DNA from: Octopus vulgaris
Lineage: Eukaryota
Direction of reading: 5' to 3'
Assembly: GCA_951406725.2 (NCBI GenBank)
Contig: OX597835.1
Coordinates: forward strand, 30,008,001 to 30,072,000
Length of the DNA: 64,000 bases
Position numbers and translations under genes: made by a program. The notes under the pieces are model-generated. The model searched no databases. It saw only the letters and a program-made list of their open reading frames with translations, and was not told the DNA's origin. Shown in pieces: positions 13,020 through 26,084 of this stretch (within the stretch, counting starts at the first letter, position 1; every line of letters begins with the position of its first letter).

Positions 13020-13063
<44 letters not shown>

Positions 13064-14203
13064 TTGTGTGTCTGTTTGTATACATATTTATACATACATA
13101 CACGCACATACGCACAGACATACACACACACACACACACTCTCTCTCTCTCTCTCTCTCTTACACACACACACACATCACACACACACACACTTAGATGA
13201 TCTTCCATTCAAGTGCGATGCGCATCGATGTTTCGACATTTTTGTGGTTGATCAACATCACGTACTTGAACCGAATTGAAGGCGAACTGAGTCGGTAGTC
13301 CATGGCTACATACAAATAGTGAAAGAAAGCATTTGCTAGTATGTCCGACAATGTTTTCCTAAAATTAAATTCAAGTATTAATCAGAAACAGCGATAGTGT
13401 TCTAAATATTATCGTCTACATGTACTCAAGGCACGACAACTGCTTTTTTGCCGGCAAGCTGCGAGTGGCGTGGTGATGATGACTCCCCCCAAGGCATCGG
13501 GTGTTAAAAGACTTTAAATTCAGAGACAAGCGAGACAACTCGTTCCAAATTCCACTCAGGTGGAATGAACAGGTCCAACAATATCAAGACAGATATAAGA
13601 CATCTATGTTTGACTTCTGTACGAAAATATTCAAAATCACGTCAAACTGTAGTATAAACGAAGGAGATTGTTTAACGGCAGGCTGCGAGGTAGCGCAGTG
13701 GAGATAACCTCCTGAAAGCGTCGGGTTTTATAACATATGACAGTCATAGATAGGCGGGGCAATTTACCCCAAATCCCACTAAGGAGCGAAGGACCGGTTC
13801 ATTAATATCGTACCAGGTACAATATATCTGTGTTTGAGTTGTGTGAGATAATATTAAAAATCTCAGGAAACTGAATTACACGTTGTGCTATTGAACCGTC
13901 TCTGTCACATACATGGAAGACAATGATGGCTGCGATCTGGACCATTGTTCTGTTTGAGTATCTAAATATCTCTCTGACTGACATTTTGTCTGTTTTTTTC
14001 ATATACACACACGTGTATATGTGCGTATTCGCACATATAACATTTTATACCACTTGTATATACGTAAAGAGATAAGGAGGAACAGAAGAATTATCCAAAC
14101 CGAAGTACATTTTGGGCCCGACTATACACATAGACATTTCACATACACCTACACACATACACACACATGTAGAAATATATACAAACATGTATAAATATAT
14201 AAG

Positions 14204-14261
<58 letters not shown>

Positions 14262-14307
14262 TACATATGTGTATGTGTGTGTATGCGTGGCTGTGTGTGT
14301 GTCTGTG

Positions 14308-14340
<33 letters not shown>

Positions 14341-14410
14341 ATCTATCTATGTGTCAGTCTGTCTATCTGTAAGTATGCTTACGCACACCCACACACACTC
14401 ACAATACTGA

Positions 14411-14470
<60 letters not shown>

Positions 14471-15088
14471 CATATATATATATATACATACATATATATA
14501 TATATATACATATATATACACACACATACATACATACACACGTATATATGCATAAATACATATAAGCTTACACACAAACAAACGCAGAATTACACACACA
14601 GAAACTTCCACTCACGTCTCCCCATGATTAATAGGTAGACAACAAAACCAGCTGAGAAACAGGTGTAGTTGACAAATCTAGTCACTTAGTTAAATTACTA
14701 TTACTTAATGATTTTCTTATTGGAACAGCCATTAACTTCATTGGGAATTAAGTGTTTCGTTTAGATAGCTTTTATAGCCTGATGTTACGTAGTGTGTCGG
14801 TTTGTGTCGGTGTGTGTGTGTCTGTGTGTGTGTGTGTCTTTGTGTCTTTGTGGTTGAGGAGGTAGTGCGTGGCTGAGTGTGTGTATGCATGTTGGTGTAT
14901 GTGTATAAATATACAGACACACATACACTCACACACATATATATACTTATATATATATATATTTTTACGTATATATATATATATATACGTATGAATATAT
15001 ATTTGTATATATACGTATATGAAGGTATATATATGTATGTGTATATATATACATACACATATTTATATGTATATATACATGCATACAT

Positions 15089-15152
<64 letters not shown>

Positions 15153-15272
15153 GTATGTATTATGTATGTGGGTATATATATATATTTATATATATATATA
15201 TAGTTGGATTAGAGTGATAGATAGTTATGTTGATCGGTAGATGGATAGATAGTTCGATATATATATATATAC

Positions 15273-15392
<120 letters not shown>

Positions 15393-15619
15393 ATCTATCT
15401 AGGGATTGAAAGAGAGGGTGAGCGAGAGAGAGAAATATGTAAATAAATAGATAGTTGATAAGGACATAGATAAGCATCTCGATATACGGATGGATAGATA
15501 GTTAAATAGAAAGGTAGTTAGATATATATTTTGTGTTTATGGTATATATATTAAATAAATAAGTAGACAGATTAGTACAAACACATACTGAGCAATCGAA
15601 AAATAGATAGATAGAATGT

Positions 15620-15673
<54 letters not shown>

Positions 15674-15685
15674 AATATATGTGTG

Positions 15686-15812
<127 letters not shown>

Positions 15813-15885
15813 TATAAACAAACAGATAGTTTAGGTATATAGAAAGATCTGACTGTCTGTCTATCTATCTATTTATCTACCTACC

Positions 15886-15919
<34 letters not shown>

Positions 15920-17007
15920 CATATATATATATACAGAGAGAGAGAGAGACAGACAGAGAGAGACAGACAGACAGACAGGCAGACAGACAGAAAGAAAGAG
16001 AGAAAGAGAGAGAAAGACAGACAGAGAAAGAGAGATTAAAGGCACGTGAGAAAGTTCTATAATTATAAGTCCAGGGAGATAGAGAGTTCGGTAAAAAGGC
16101 ACAGGGAAAAATATGTAAAAAAACTTATTCAGCAATATCTAAATAATATAACGACAATTAGCTTCACCACATTACTACTTCTGCATCCTCTTGCTTCATT
16201 ACCTAACTACCCCACATCCCACTCCACTACCAAACTCATCTACCTAACTGCGCCTCTATCACAACTCCTTTATCCCCTCCTGCGAACGGCTACTCACTCT
16301 CTCCAACTGAAATGAATCAAAATTGAAAGAAAATTAGGATTAAGCGAATGATGTGATTTATTTCCCGTCCTCCTGTCTTCAAAATTAAACAGCTCATTAA
16401 GTTAATTGTTTTTTCTTATATTATATATTATTTTCATGAGTTCCTCCTTTTCCTGTTTCTAGCGTTTATTAAATTAAATCATGAATATATATATATTGTT
16501 TATTTCCTTGTTTTAAAAAATTAAATGAATGACAAAAAGCAACCAAACGGAAATTCCTTTCCAGAAAATTACGTATGTTTTTAGAGATTGTAGAAAACAT
16601 CTGAAAAACCAGGAAAAGTATAAAGAATCTTTGGCGGGGAAAAGGGGGCGGACTAATATGGAAATTAAATGAAGATGAAAATTAAATTGTATCAAATAAA
16701 CAAAAGAAAGAAAAATAAAGGAGCAAACGAAAATAAAAGAGACACAAAGCAGAACACTAAATAAAACAGGGTTAAGATATAAGGATTAAAGTTTGTAGTA
16801 AAATGAGTCGAAGATTAAATTTTGTTTTTGATTTATACGATTTGAATTAACGCTTTTGAGAAGTCGCAGTTAAAGCCTTGAAAATGCGTGTGTATAATAA
16901 ACAAGTATTTTATGCATTAAATGTTTTGAGGATGTAAAGATGGTGAGCAGACGGAATCGTTTGTACGCCCGATAAAATTAAAATGCTTAGTGGTACTTAT
17001 GTTCTGA

Positions 17008-17400
17008 GGGTGGCGAGCTGGCAGAGTCGTTAGGACGCCGGGCGAAATGCCTAGCGGTATTTCGTTTGTCTTTACGTTCTGAGTTCAAATTCTGGCGAGG
17101 TCGGCTTTGCCTTTCATCCTTTCGGGGTTGATTAAATAAGTACCAGCTACGCACTGGAGTCCATATAATCGACTTAATCCTTTTGTCTGTCCTTGTCTGT
17201 CCTCTCTATGTTTAGCCCCTTGTGGGCAATAAAGAAATATATATAAGTACTAGTTACGCACTGGAGTCGATATAATCGACTTAATCCGTTTGTCTGTCCT
17301 TGTTTGTCCTCTCTCTGTTTAGCCTCTTGTGGGTGGTAAAGAAACAGGTAGCTATGTTCTGAGTCCAAATTCCGTCGAAGTCAACGTTGTAGTTAATTTT
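17008..17400 (+). mobile_element. SINE family B with duplicated 3' segment
   Basis: ggcgagctggcagagtcgttag...gttctgagttcaaattc...gcctttcatcctttcggggttgattaaataagtaccag; the 3' unit occurs twice (17140-17236, 17246-17346). Confidence 0.8.
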
Positions 17401-17650
17401 TTGTGGCTCAATTAACTATCTCTCGGTTTATTACTGAAGGCGATATGATCGGTTATCAAGCGTTGCGCCTATAAGCGAAAGAGTTAATTGCATTGGGATA
17501 AAGTGGCTATCCGACAGAATCGTTATCATGCCAAGCAGAATGCCTAGTGACATTTCTTCTGGTACTTTAGGATCTGAGTTCGAATTCCGCCCAGGTAGAA
17601 TTTGCTTTACATACTCCGAGATTTCGATAAAATAAGGACCACTTGCGCAT

Positions 17651-17704
<54 letters not shown>

Positions 17705-17779
17705 TGACAAAACCCCTCTTCACAAAAATTTCAGGCGTTGTACCTATAGTAAAAAGAGTTAAATGTTTTGGAGAAATAA

Positions 17780-18080
17780 AGACCCCCTTCGGTCATGAAT
17801 GACCATGGTATTGCACTTAGAAAGTTACTCTCCGAGGTACAAGTCCAGGCAAGGTTGTTTATGGAAGACCAGCAGTCGCCATGGATGTTATCCAAGAGAA
17901 AGGCAACAGCGGATACAGCTTGGCACCTGTGACGTCGCAACTCGTTTCTACCGCTGAGTGAACTGGAGTAACGTGAAATAAATCGTTTTGTTCAAGAACA
18001 AAACACAGAGCCCGATCGTGGATCGAACTCACTACCTCATGATTGCGAGCCCGACGCTCTAACCACTGAGCCATGCGCCA
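17780..18080 (-). mobile_element. tRNA-derived SINE (family C-related)
   Basis: Minus head ggcgcatggctcagtggttagagcgtcggg...gagttcgatcc then ttcttgaacaaaac. Confidence 0.65.
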
Positions 18081-18109
18081 AGTAAAATATGTATTATAGA
18101 AGTGTATAA

Positions 18110-18540
18110 GGCGGTGAGCTGGCAGAATCGTTTGCATGCCGGATAAAACGATTAGAAGCATTTCGTCCGTCTTTACGTTCTCAGTTCAAAATGCACCGTG
18201 ATTGTGTTTGCCTAAGTACTCGTTGAGCACTGGGGTGAATATAATCGATTGACCCTCTCCCCACCAAACATCCAAGCCTTGTGCCAATAACAGAAAGGAT
18301 TATAAATGTGTATACTATGTATTGCTGAAAACGCGTGGCCTAGTGGTTATGGCGCTGTACTTACGATTGTAAGTTCTTTGTTTCGATTCCCGCGCCGGGT
18401 ACTGCGTTGTTTTACTGAGCGAAACACTTCATTACACATTCCTCCAAACCACTCAGCTGTAAATACGTAACCCAGCAAAACACAGGTCCCTTCAGAATCG
18501 GAATGTTGTGCTCTCGGTTACTTATACGCTACGGACCTGG
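18110..18540 (+). mobile_element. Adjacent SINE copies (family B at 18110-18300, family C-type at 18330-18540)
   Basis: ggcggtgagctggcagaatcg...; gcgtggcctagtggtta...ttcgattccc. Confidence 0.65.
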
Positions 18541-18724
18541 AAGCAGTAATATCCAGTCAACTTTGCTTTTATTTTTGATATTACGTAGTAATTGTTGTTA
18601 TATTATTTCGATGTTGCCGAATCTGATTTTGCAAATTTTTCCTTGTGTCTTTTAACCGAACAGTCTAACTGCCTATACTTATAATTGTACAACTTGCTGT
18701 CTCTCTTTCGGTCTATCTGTCTGT

Positions 18725-18823
<99 letters not shown>

Positions 18824-18892
18824 GTGTGTGTGTGTGTGTCTGTGTATCTGTGTGAGTGTATATCTATATATATACATATACATACCTATTTA

Positions 18893-18939
<47 letters not shown>

Positions 18940-19038
18940 TTATGTATTTACTATGAACCATTGCGTAGTATGTGTGTGTTTGTGTGTGTATGTATGTATG
19001 TATGTATGTATGCATACATGTTTGTATGTATGTATATA

Positions 19039-19112
<74 letters not shown>

Positions 19113-19326
19113 AAAAAGAATTCTATAATTATAAGCATAATTATAATTAGGGTTCAGCAAAATTTGCTTCACCTTATATCGAAATTTAGAAATGACAGTT
19201 CAATAGTATTCCACTACCATGATGGTTCTTTTAACATACCGAACTACTTGGTAAAATTATTAATTATTTATTGATCAAATAATTTTATCCTTTATTATTA
19301 CTGATGAATATATATATATATATATA

Positions 19327-19790
19327 TCTTATTATAAAAGGCAGATTTTATCTGCCTCCCTTTGTCTCTTATAGAAATCTACAATATAGGATTTCTTCAA
19401 TTACAATTTACCTAGCATTTTTAAGAGTAGAATGCATCGGGTCGTGCCAGGTCCAGTTTTTAAAATTTGAACCCCAATTAAGCAAAATTTAGAGAAAACT
19501 CACATTGTGGTATGTATGTCAAGTGCTTTTCTTAGTTTGGGCTACAGCACACACACACGCACACACACACGCACACACACACACAAACGGAGCGAACTGT
19601 TTCACTGACGGTATCACCCTATTTCTCCTCCTTTGTCTTTGCAAGTGTGCAAGGATTAAAGTGAAAGTAATTCACTTTTTGTAGTGAGTGACTCTTTCAC
19701 TCTGCATTCCCACTTCCTCTTTACACACATAGACACGCAAATATATAAATAAAATTGTAAGCTAACGTGTGTGTGTTTGTGTGTGCGTGT

Positions 19791-19848
<58 letters not shown>

Positions 19849-21092
19849 GTGAGGGTGCGTGTGTGTGTGTGTGTGCGTGTGTGTGAGTGTGTGACAGGAA
19901 AGTTTTTAGGACGAATATAACACCTAAAGTATTTCCAAGTAGCAGAAAGATCGCCCAAAAGTGTATATAGATATTTAAATGTATTTATATATTCATCTAT
20001 ACACAGATGTATGTATAATGTGTGTGTATATATTTCCATAGACGTAACCATTCACTCCGCACAAAGTTTTTTAGGACGAAAATAAGATCTAAAGTTATCT
20101 CTAAGAAACAGAAAGATCGCCCAAAATTGTATATAGATATTTAAATGTATTTATATATTCATCTATACACACATGTATGTATAATGTGCGTGTATATATT
20201 TCCATAGAGGTAACCATTCAATCCATACAAAGTTTTTTAGGACGAAAATATTTATATATAAAAGAAAGGTTGTGTGTCTGTCTACTCCGATTTAGATTCC
20301 TAACTACTCACACATTTTGCGATGCAGTTTAACCAAACCCGGGTATCTTATAGTCGTGATTCATATCGAGTCCTTCTGGGTATTAGCGCGCTTCTACGAT
20401 GAGTCTACGATTTTACAAATAATTTACAATAATTTTTTTCCATTTTAATGCATATTTTTTTTAATAAAGGGAAGTAACTCTCAAACTTCACACCAATATG
20501 CGTGCTCATATGCGACGTAATATCACATCAGCAGCATTTCCTCACACCCTCCTTGCACTTGGCGAAGGCAAAATACCAGGGATGAAAATGGTAATATTGC
20601 CATCGATTCCATTTGTAACATTTGTAACGCCTTCTGATCTCAGAGATGCAGTGTTCCCAGATCTACAAGCTAATTATCAGAATATGGATTGGATTGGCAA
20701 AAAGGCTATACTGGCCCCCGAGGAATAAAACTGTTCACCATATTAATGATGAAATGCTAAAACTCATTCCTGGGGAAGTCTATGTATATCAGTCTATCGA
20801 TACAACTCCTGACCCAGAGGACGTCATCAACTATCCAATAGAGGTACTCAATTCCTTTGAGCACCCCGGACTACCACCACACTTTCTCAAACTTAAAGTT
20901 GGTGCCCCTATAATGCTCATCAGAAATTTGGTTCCCCCAAAACAATGCAATGGCACACGTTTGATCGTTAAGTCCTTATCTCCCACCGTAAACTTATATC
21001 AATATTTGCCTGAAGAATCATCATAATTCAGTGCAATCATTAACAGTACTTTCAAGCAATTCAGCCCCGAGCAACGCCGGGCAATTCTGCTA

Positions 21093-21093
<1 letters not shown>
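19327..21093 (+). mobile_element. Non-autonomous Helitron
   Basis: 5' TC after A; 3' GC hairpin cccgagcaacgccggg followed by CTAG|T; internal PIF1 remnant; internal ~175-bp tandem duplication at 19898-20245. Confidence 0.8.
20480..20990 (+). pseudogene. PIF1-family helicase fragment of Helitron RepHel, frameshifted
   Basis: TNMR...LLALGEGK, KAILAP/RNKTVHHIN, YPIEVLNS...GLPPHFLKLKVGAPIMLIRNL...CNGTRL spread over different frames. Confidence 0.88.
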
Positions 21094-21158
<65 letters not shown>

Positions 21159-21161
<3 letters not shown>

Positions 21162-21382
21162 ATTAGCAACAATTTAGATTCAAATGAATATGGTACTTAA
21201 TTTAGATGCACCAGAATTTTGTATGGTGTTACCCATAAAAATATGCGGGGTGATTATAATAAAAAAATAAGCAACAAGAATGAATCCGGTAATTTAGTAC
21301 AATTGTTTCATACTACAACATTTTATTAAAAGCTGTAAATATCACAGCAGATGTAAGATGCTGAGTAATCTTCAGCTAATTT
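21159..21382 (-). mobile_element. Short element with a long-stem-II hammerhead, in (TA)n
   Basis: Minus 21291-21382: ttag-CTGAAGA-t-TACT-CAGCAT...ATGTTG-t-AGTA-t-GAAAC-AATT-GTA-ctaa. Confidence 0.7.
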
Positions 21383-21388
21383 ATATAT

Positions 21389-22765
21389 ATGGTCATGGAA
21401 CGAATAGTCAGCAAGGTCATGGAACGAATAGTCAGAAGGAAACTGATCACCTTCCTTGAAGAAAATGACTTGCTGCCTGACACCCAACATGGTTTCCGAC
21501 CAGGAAGAAGCTGCTTAACTCAGCTCCTACAACACTATGACTGGGTGCTGAAACGACTGCTCAACCACTCAAATGTGGAAGTGATATATCTCGACTTTGC
21601 AAAGGCCTTTGATAAAGTCGATCATGGAATGATATGTCACAAACTGCGTGATCTTAGCATAGTTGGAAAACTGGGAGAATGGCTTCATGACTTTCTGAAA
21701 GATAGAAGGCAGGTGGTAGTAGCCAATGGGGCCACTTCCATTAACACGCAAATAGTGAGCGGTGTTCCGCAGGGCACTGTTTTGGGACCACTACTGTTCA
21801 TAATGGCCCTCTCAGACATGCCCTCAGCCACGCAGAGAGCCACGATCACAAGTTATGCAGATGATACAAAAGTTTCACAGGCAATACAGAACCCTGAGGA
21901 CACTAAACGCCTGCAATGTGAGCTGGACAAAATATACAAGTGGGCTGAAAAGAATAGCATTCAGTTCAATGCTGAAAAGTTTCAAGCTTTATGCTTTCAG
22001 CATGCAAAATTAAATGCAATACCCAATGAATACACTGGACCCGGAGGAATTGCAATCCCAGAGGCACAATCAGTGCGTGACCTGGGTATTTACATGAGTG
22101 ATGACGCAACCTTTCGTGTACATGTTGCTAAATTGACAATGAAATGTAGACGACTGGCCGGATGGATTCTCAGAACCTTTAGAACAAGAGAACAAGAAAC
22201 CATGATGGTCCTCTGGAGGACACTTGTCCTAAGCAACTTTGACTATTGCTCTCAGCTATGGTCACCATCCAGTGTCAAGTTGATCACAGAACTTGGGGCG
22301 ATCCAACGTAGCTACACGAAGAAGATAGCCTCTGTGCAGAATATAAGCTACTGGGAAAGACTCAAGAGATTAAAACTCTATTCCTTGGAGCGTAGGCGAG
22401 AAAGATATGCCATAATATACATCTGGAAGATCCTGGAAGGACTTGTCCCAAACTTTGGCATCGAGAGTTACACAAATGCCAGAACTGGGCGCCACTGCGT
22501 GGTGCCTAGGACTCCAAATTTGCCATCAAGATGTGGGACAAGATACTGTGATAGCCTGGGCTTCCGAGGCCCACAGCTCTTCAATATCCTCCCAAAGAAC
22601 CTAAGAGACCTGCATGGGGTGGATGCAGATGTCTTTAAAATGAAACTGGATCTTTTCTTGTCAGGTATCCCAGATGAACCAACTTCACGGCAGGAGGTGC
22701 AGATGAGGGCAGCTGCATCGAACTCTCTCATGCACCAAATGGCAGTTGCTAAAAAGCATTCGTGA
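21389..22765 (+). CDS. Non-LTR retrotransposon reverse transcriptase, ORF2 C-terminal 458 aa
   Basis: QHGFRPGRSC, YLDFAKAFDKVDH, SGVPQGTVLGPLLF, YADDTK, DLGI, LYSLERRR; no stops or frameshifts. Confidence 0.93.
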   Translation: MVMERIVSKVMERIVRRKLITFLEENDLLPDTQHGFRPGRSCLTQLLQHYDWVLKRLLNHSNVEVIYLDFAKAFDKVDHGMICHKLRDLSIVGKLGEWLHDFLKDRRQVVVANGATSINTQIVSGVPQGTVLGPLLFIMALSDMPSATQRATITSYADDTKVSQAIQNPEDTKRLQCELDKIYKWAEKNSIQFNAEKFQALCFQHAKLNAIPNEYTGPGGIAIPEAQSVRDLGIYMSDDATFRVHVAKLTMKCRRLAGWILRTFRTREQETMMVLWRTLVLSNFDYCSQLWSPSSVKLITELGAIQRSYTKKIASVQNISYWERLKRLKLYSLERRRERYAIIYIWKILEGLVPNFGIESYTNARTGRHCVVPRTPNLPSRCGTRYCDSLGFRGPQLFNILPKNLRDLHGVDADVFKMKLDLFLSGIPDEPTSRQEVQMRAAASNSLMHQMAVAKKHS

Positions 22766-22851
22766 AGTAAAACCATGAAGCAACACAAAATGGCGGTGCC
22801 CCAGCATGGCCACAGCTGAAACTAGATTCAATCAATCAATCAATCAATCAA
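21391..22851 (+). mobile_element. 5'-truncated CR1/L2-group LINE
   Basis: Open RT ORF, short 3'UTR, (ATCA)n tail at 22827-22851, inserted in TA repeat. Confidence 0.9.
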
Positions 22852-25544
22852 TATATATAGCGCGAGTAAAAGCGAGAGAGCACAAGAAAGAGGCAAATAC
22901 CATGAGCCTTTCCTACCTAAAGCTGTGGTGACTGCGTCTTATCACCGCCATTTGAAGCAGTTCTCTATCATAAATTATTAGGTATATTTTTGGGGATAAT
23001 TTGTAGTGGGGCTTGTGGCACTATCTCACTTAAGGAGACGATTTCACTGCTGTTTATGTTACCTTGATCCGCTGAAAATAAAAGAAAATAAAAAAATTCA
23101 CACTTGGTGGGATTTGAACTCAGTTCGTAAAATTACCACCGGTAAGAAGATACTGTAACTTACTTTATTTGAAACTCTATCCGAAACCCTTACAACAATA
23201 ATGGCAACAATAAAAACAAGAAACAGCAACAATAAAACCATTAAGTACATCATCACCATCGTTGTCATCGTCGTCGTCATCATCATCATTATCATCATCA
23301 TCATCTGTAGCTGCAGCAGTTAGAGCCATAGCTACTTCTTCACCACTACAACCAGGACGACGACGACGAACACCACCACCACCACCACCACAACCACCAC
23401 CATCACAATCACCGCCAACACCACCAACACCGCCACTACCATCATCATCATCATGATCATCATGATCATCATCATCACCATCAACAATCACGACGACGAC
23501 GACGACAATATCAACAATGCGAAATTAAGCCCATCATCTTCATCATCATCATCATCATCATCATCTTCATCACTATCACCACGACCGCCACCATCATCGT
23601 CACCATCATCAACATCTTCATCTTTATCGACGACGACGATAACGAGAAAAGAAAACCAAAATCATCAGAAAAAAGGAAAATCAACAACAGCAACAACAAA
23701 CAAAATAATGACACTCACAACAACAAAAAAAAGCAGGAAAAAAAAGAGGCACTCAATATGAAATATCAACGACAACAACAGCAACAACAACAACACCAAG
23801 AAGAGTCACGTCACAGGTAAAAGGCGTGGCTGGCGAATGAAGCGAAATTTTAAAAAGCGTTATTTTTTGACGTCCATTTTAAGTTTATTCGAGAGAGATC
23901 CATATCGCGATGTTAACGTACATTTGTGATTATTTCGTTATGTAACGTTCTTTCATTACAGCAGATGGATTTGGTTTGCATTCTGCAGTCATTTCAGAAC
24001 GAATAATTAATAATATTAATGAATATTTCAATTAGAATTGGAATTTGTCTTAAGAATATTATTAGCCTGCCAGCGTATATACATGCGCATGCGTACGTAT
24101 AGATACACGCACATACACTTAAGGTCTCTCTTCCCTTCTTTTTTTCTTTTTTCCCTCTCACTCTGTCTCTCCCCCTCTCTCTCTCTCTCTCTTTCTCATA
24201 CACAGACATACAAACACGCCCACGGTATCTTTCTACCTGTCTCTCACGCATACACAAACGTAATTCTATCTCTTTCTCTCTCTCACACACACACATACAA
24301 CACACATACACACACACTTATACATACTTCTACACACACATACTTATACTCACAGACACTATCCTTCTTTCTCTCTCTCTTTCCCTCACAAACATGCACA
24401 TACACTGTCTCTGATGCATACACACACACACTCGCTTTCTCCTCCTTCTCTTTCTCTCTCACGGACACACACACACACTCGCTTTCTCCTCCTTCTCTTT
24501 CTCTCTCACGGACACACTCTCTCATACGCATACACGCACACACACTCTTCCACACACATAGTCACACACTCTCTCGTACACATACACATACCTACTCGCA
24601 CACACACTTTGTGACACGCACACGCATATATGTGTACACATGCGCATACAAACACGTATCCCTATCGACGTATATCCTATATAAGATTACACATACAAAC
24701 ATATATTTTAACCATGTGTATCTCTCTCCCTCCCTCCCCCTCTCTCTCTCATACACAAACATACACACACGCACACTCATACATACATACTTGCAATCAT
24801 TGGGTATCATAAACATATATGTACACTTAGAATTGCCGATACAAACATATACATGAAACCATGGGTATCGTAAACGCATACACACATAAATATATACCGA
24901 CGCGTACACGTATGCTCACGTACACATATAAAGATTGAGACAAGCTCACACTTAGGCATGCACACATACACACACACATACAAATGCACATACATACACA
25001 CACAAACACGCGTGCATGCATAAATATATACAGGCACACGCAAATACATACAGACACACACACACTAAAACGTGTGTGCGCATAAATATATACAGATACA
25101 CACACAAATACATACACGCACACACACAAAACGCGTGCGCACATAAATATATACAGACATACACACACATACACACACACACACACACACACAAACACGC
25201 GTGCATGCAGAAATATATACAGACACACACATAAATGGACACGCATGCACACCTGGAAAAACATACACAAACTAATGTAAAAATCCACACTACGAGAGAG
25301 TTTGATTGCTCTACTTGAAATCACCTTCCTTGACGCCCGCGCCACCCCGTTCCATATTCTGCCCAGCTCCACCAGCCACCCGATGCCGTATTACAAGTCA
25401 GGGTAGCATATACAAGTTTTTAATCTGGTTGTGATGCCATCAGAGGTGGAAAAAAAGACATTGAAGCTTGTAAACACGAGCACAAAAACGCCGATATGAA
25501 AGACATGGAGCTTCAAATGGTTGATAAGAGAGGGAGAAAGAAAT

Positions 25545-25604
<60 letters not shown>

Positions 25605-25992
25605 AGAGAAGAAACAGAGGTGTGTGTGAGAGAGAGAGAGAGTGAGTGAGTGAGTGATAAGCGGAGAGCAAGATGTCGTTTGATAAATGTAGAGAAAAAA
25701 AAACATCGTCACAGAAGCGAGAATACAAAAAATGAAAAAGAAAACATTAATGGGAAAAAATCCAGGTAATGTTGTGAAGTTTCTTTGTGTGTGAGCGTGG
25801 GGCGCATCAAGGGGGAGCTGTGTGACATTATTCATTTATATATTTATTTATTATTTATTATTATTATTATTATTTATTTTTATATTTGCGTTTTCTTCAT
25901 CAGCGTTTTTATTTTCTAATCAAACTAACCATTATTAATTTTTACCCTCCTTTCAAATTTGTGGCCCTGTGCCAATGCTACAAACTATCATC

Positions 25993-26084
<92 letters not shown>

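Larger units (their letters stand above)
9140..13027. mobile_element. Penelope-like retroelement, 5'-truncated, with a large inverted duplication
   Basis: Minus copy 9140-11377 and inverted plus copy 11378-13027; arms 9194-10840 / 11378-13027 nearly identical; flanked by (TA)n on both sides. Confidence 0.93.

Noticed and set aside
20498-21026. Host PIF1 helicase gene
   Set aside because: It is frameshifted, partial and bounded by Helitron termini.
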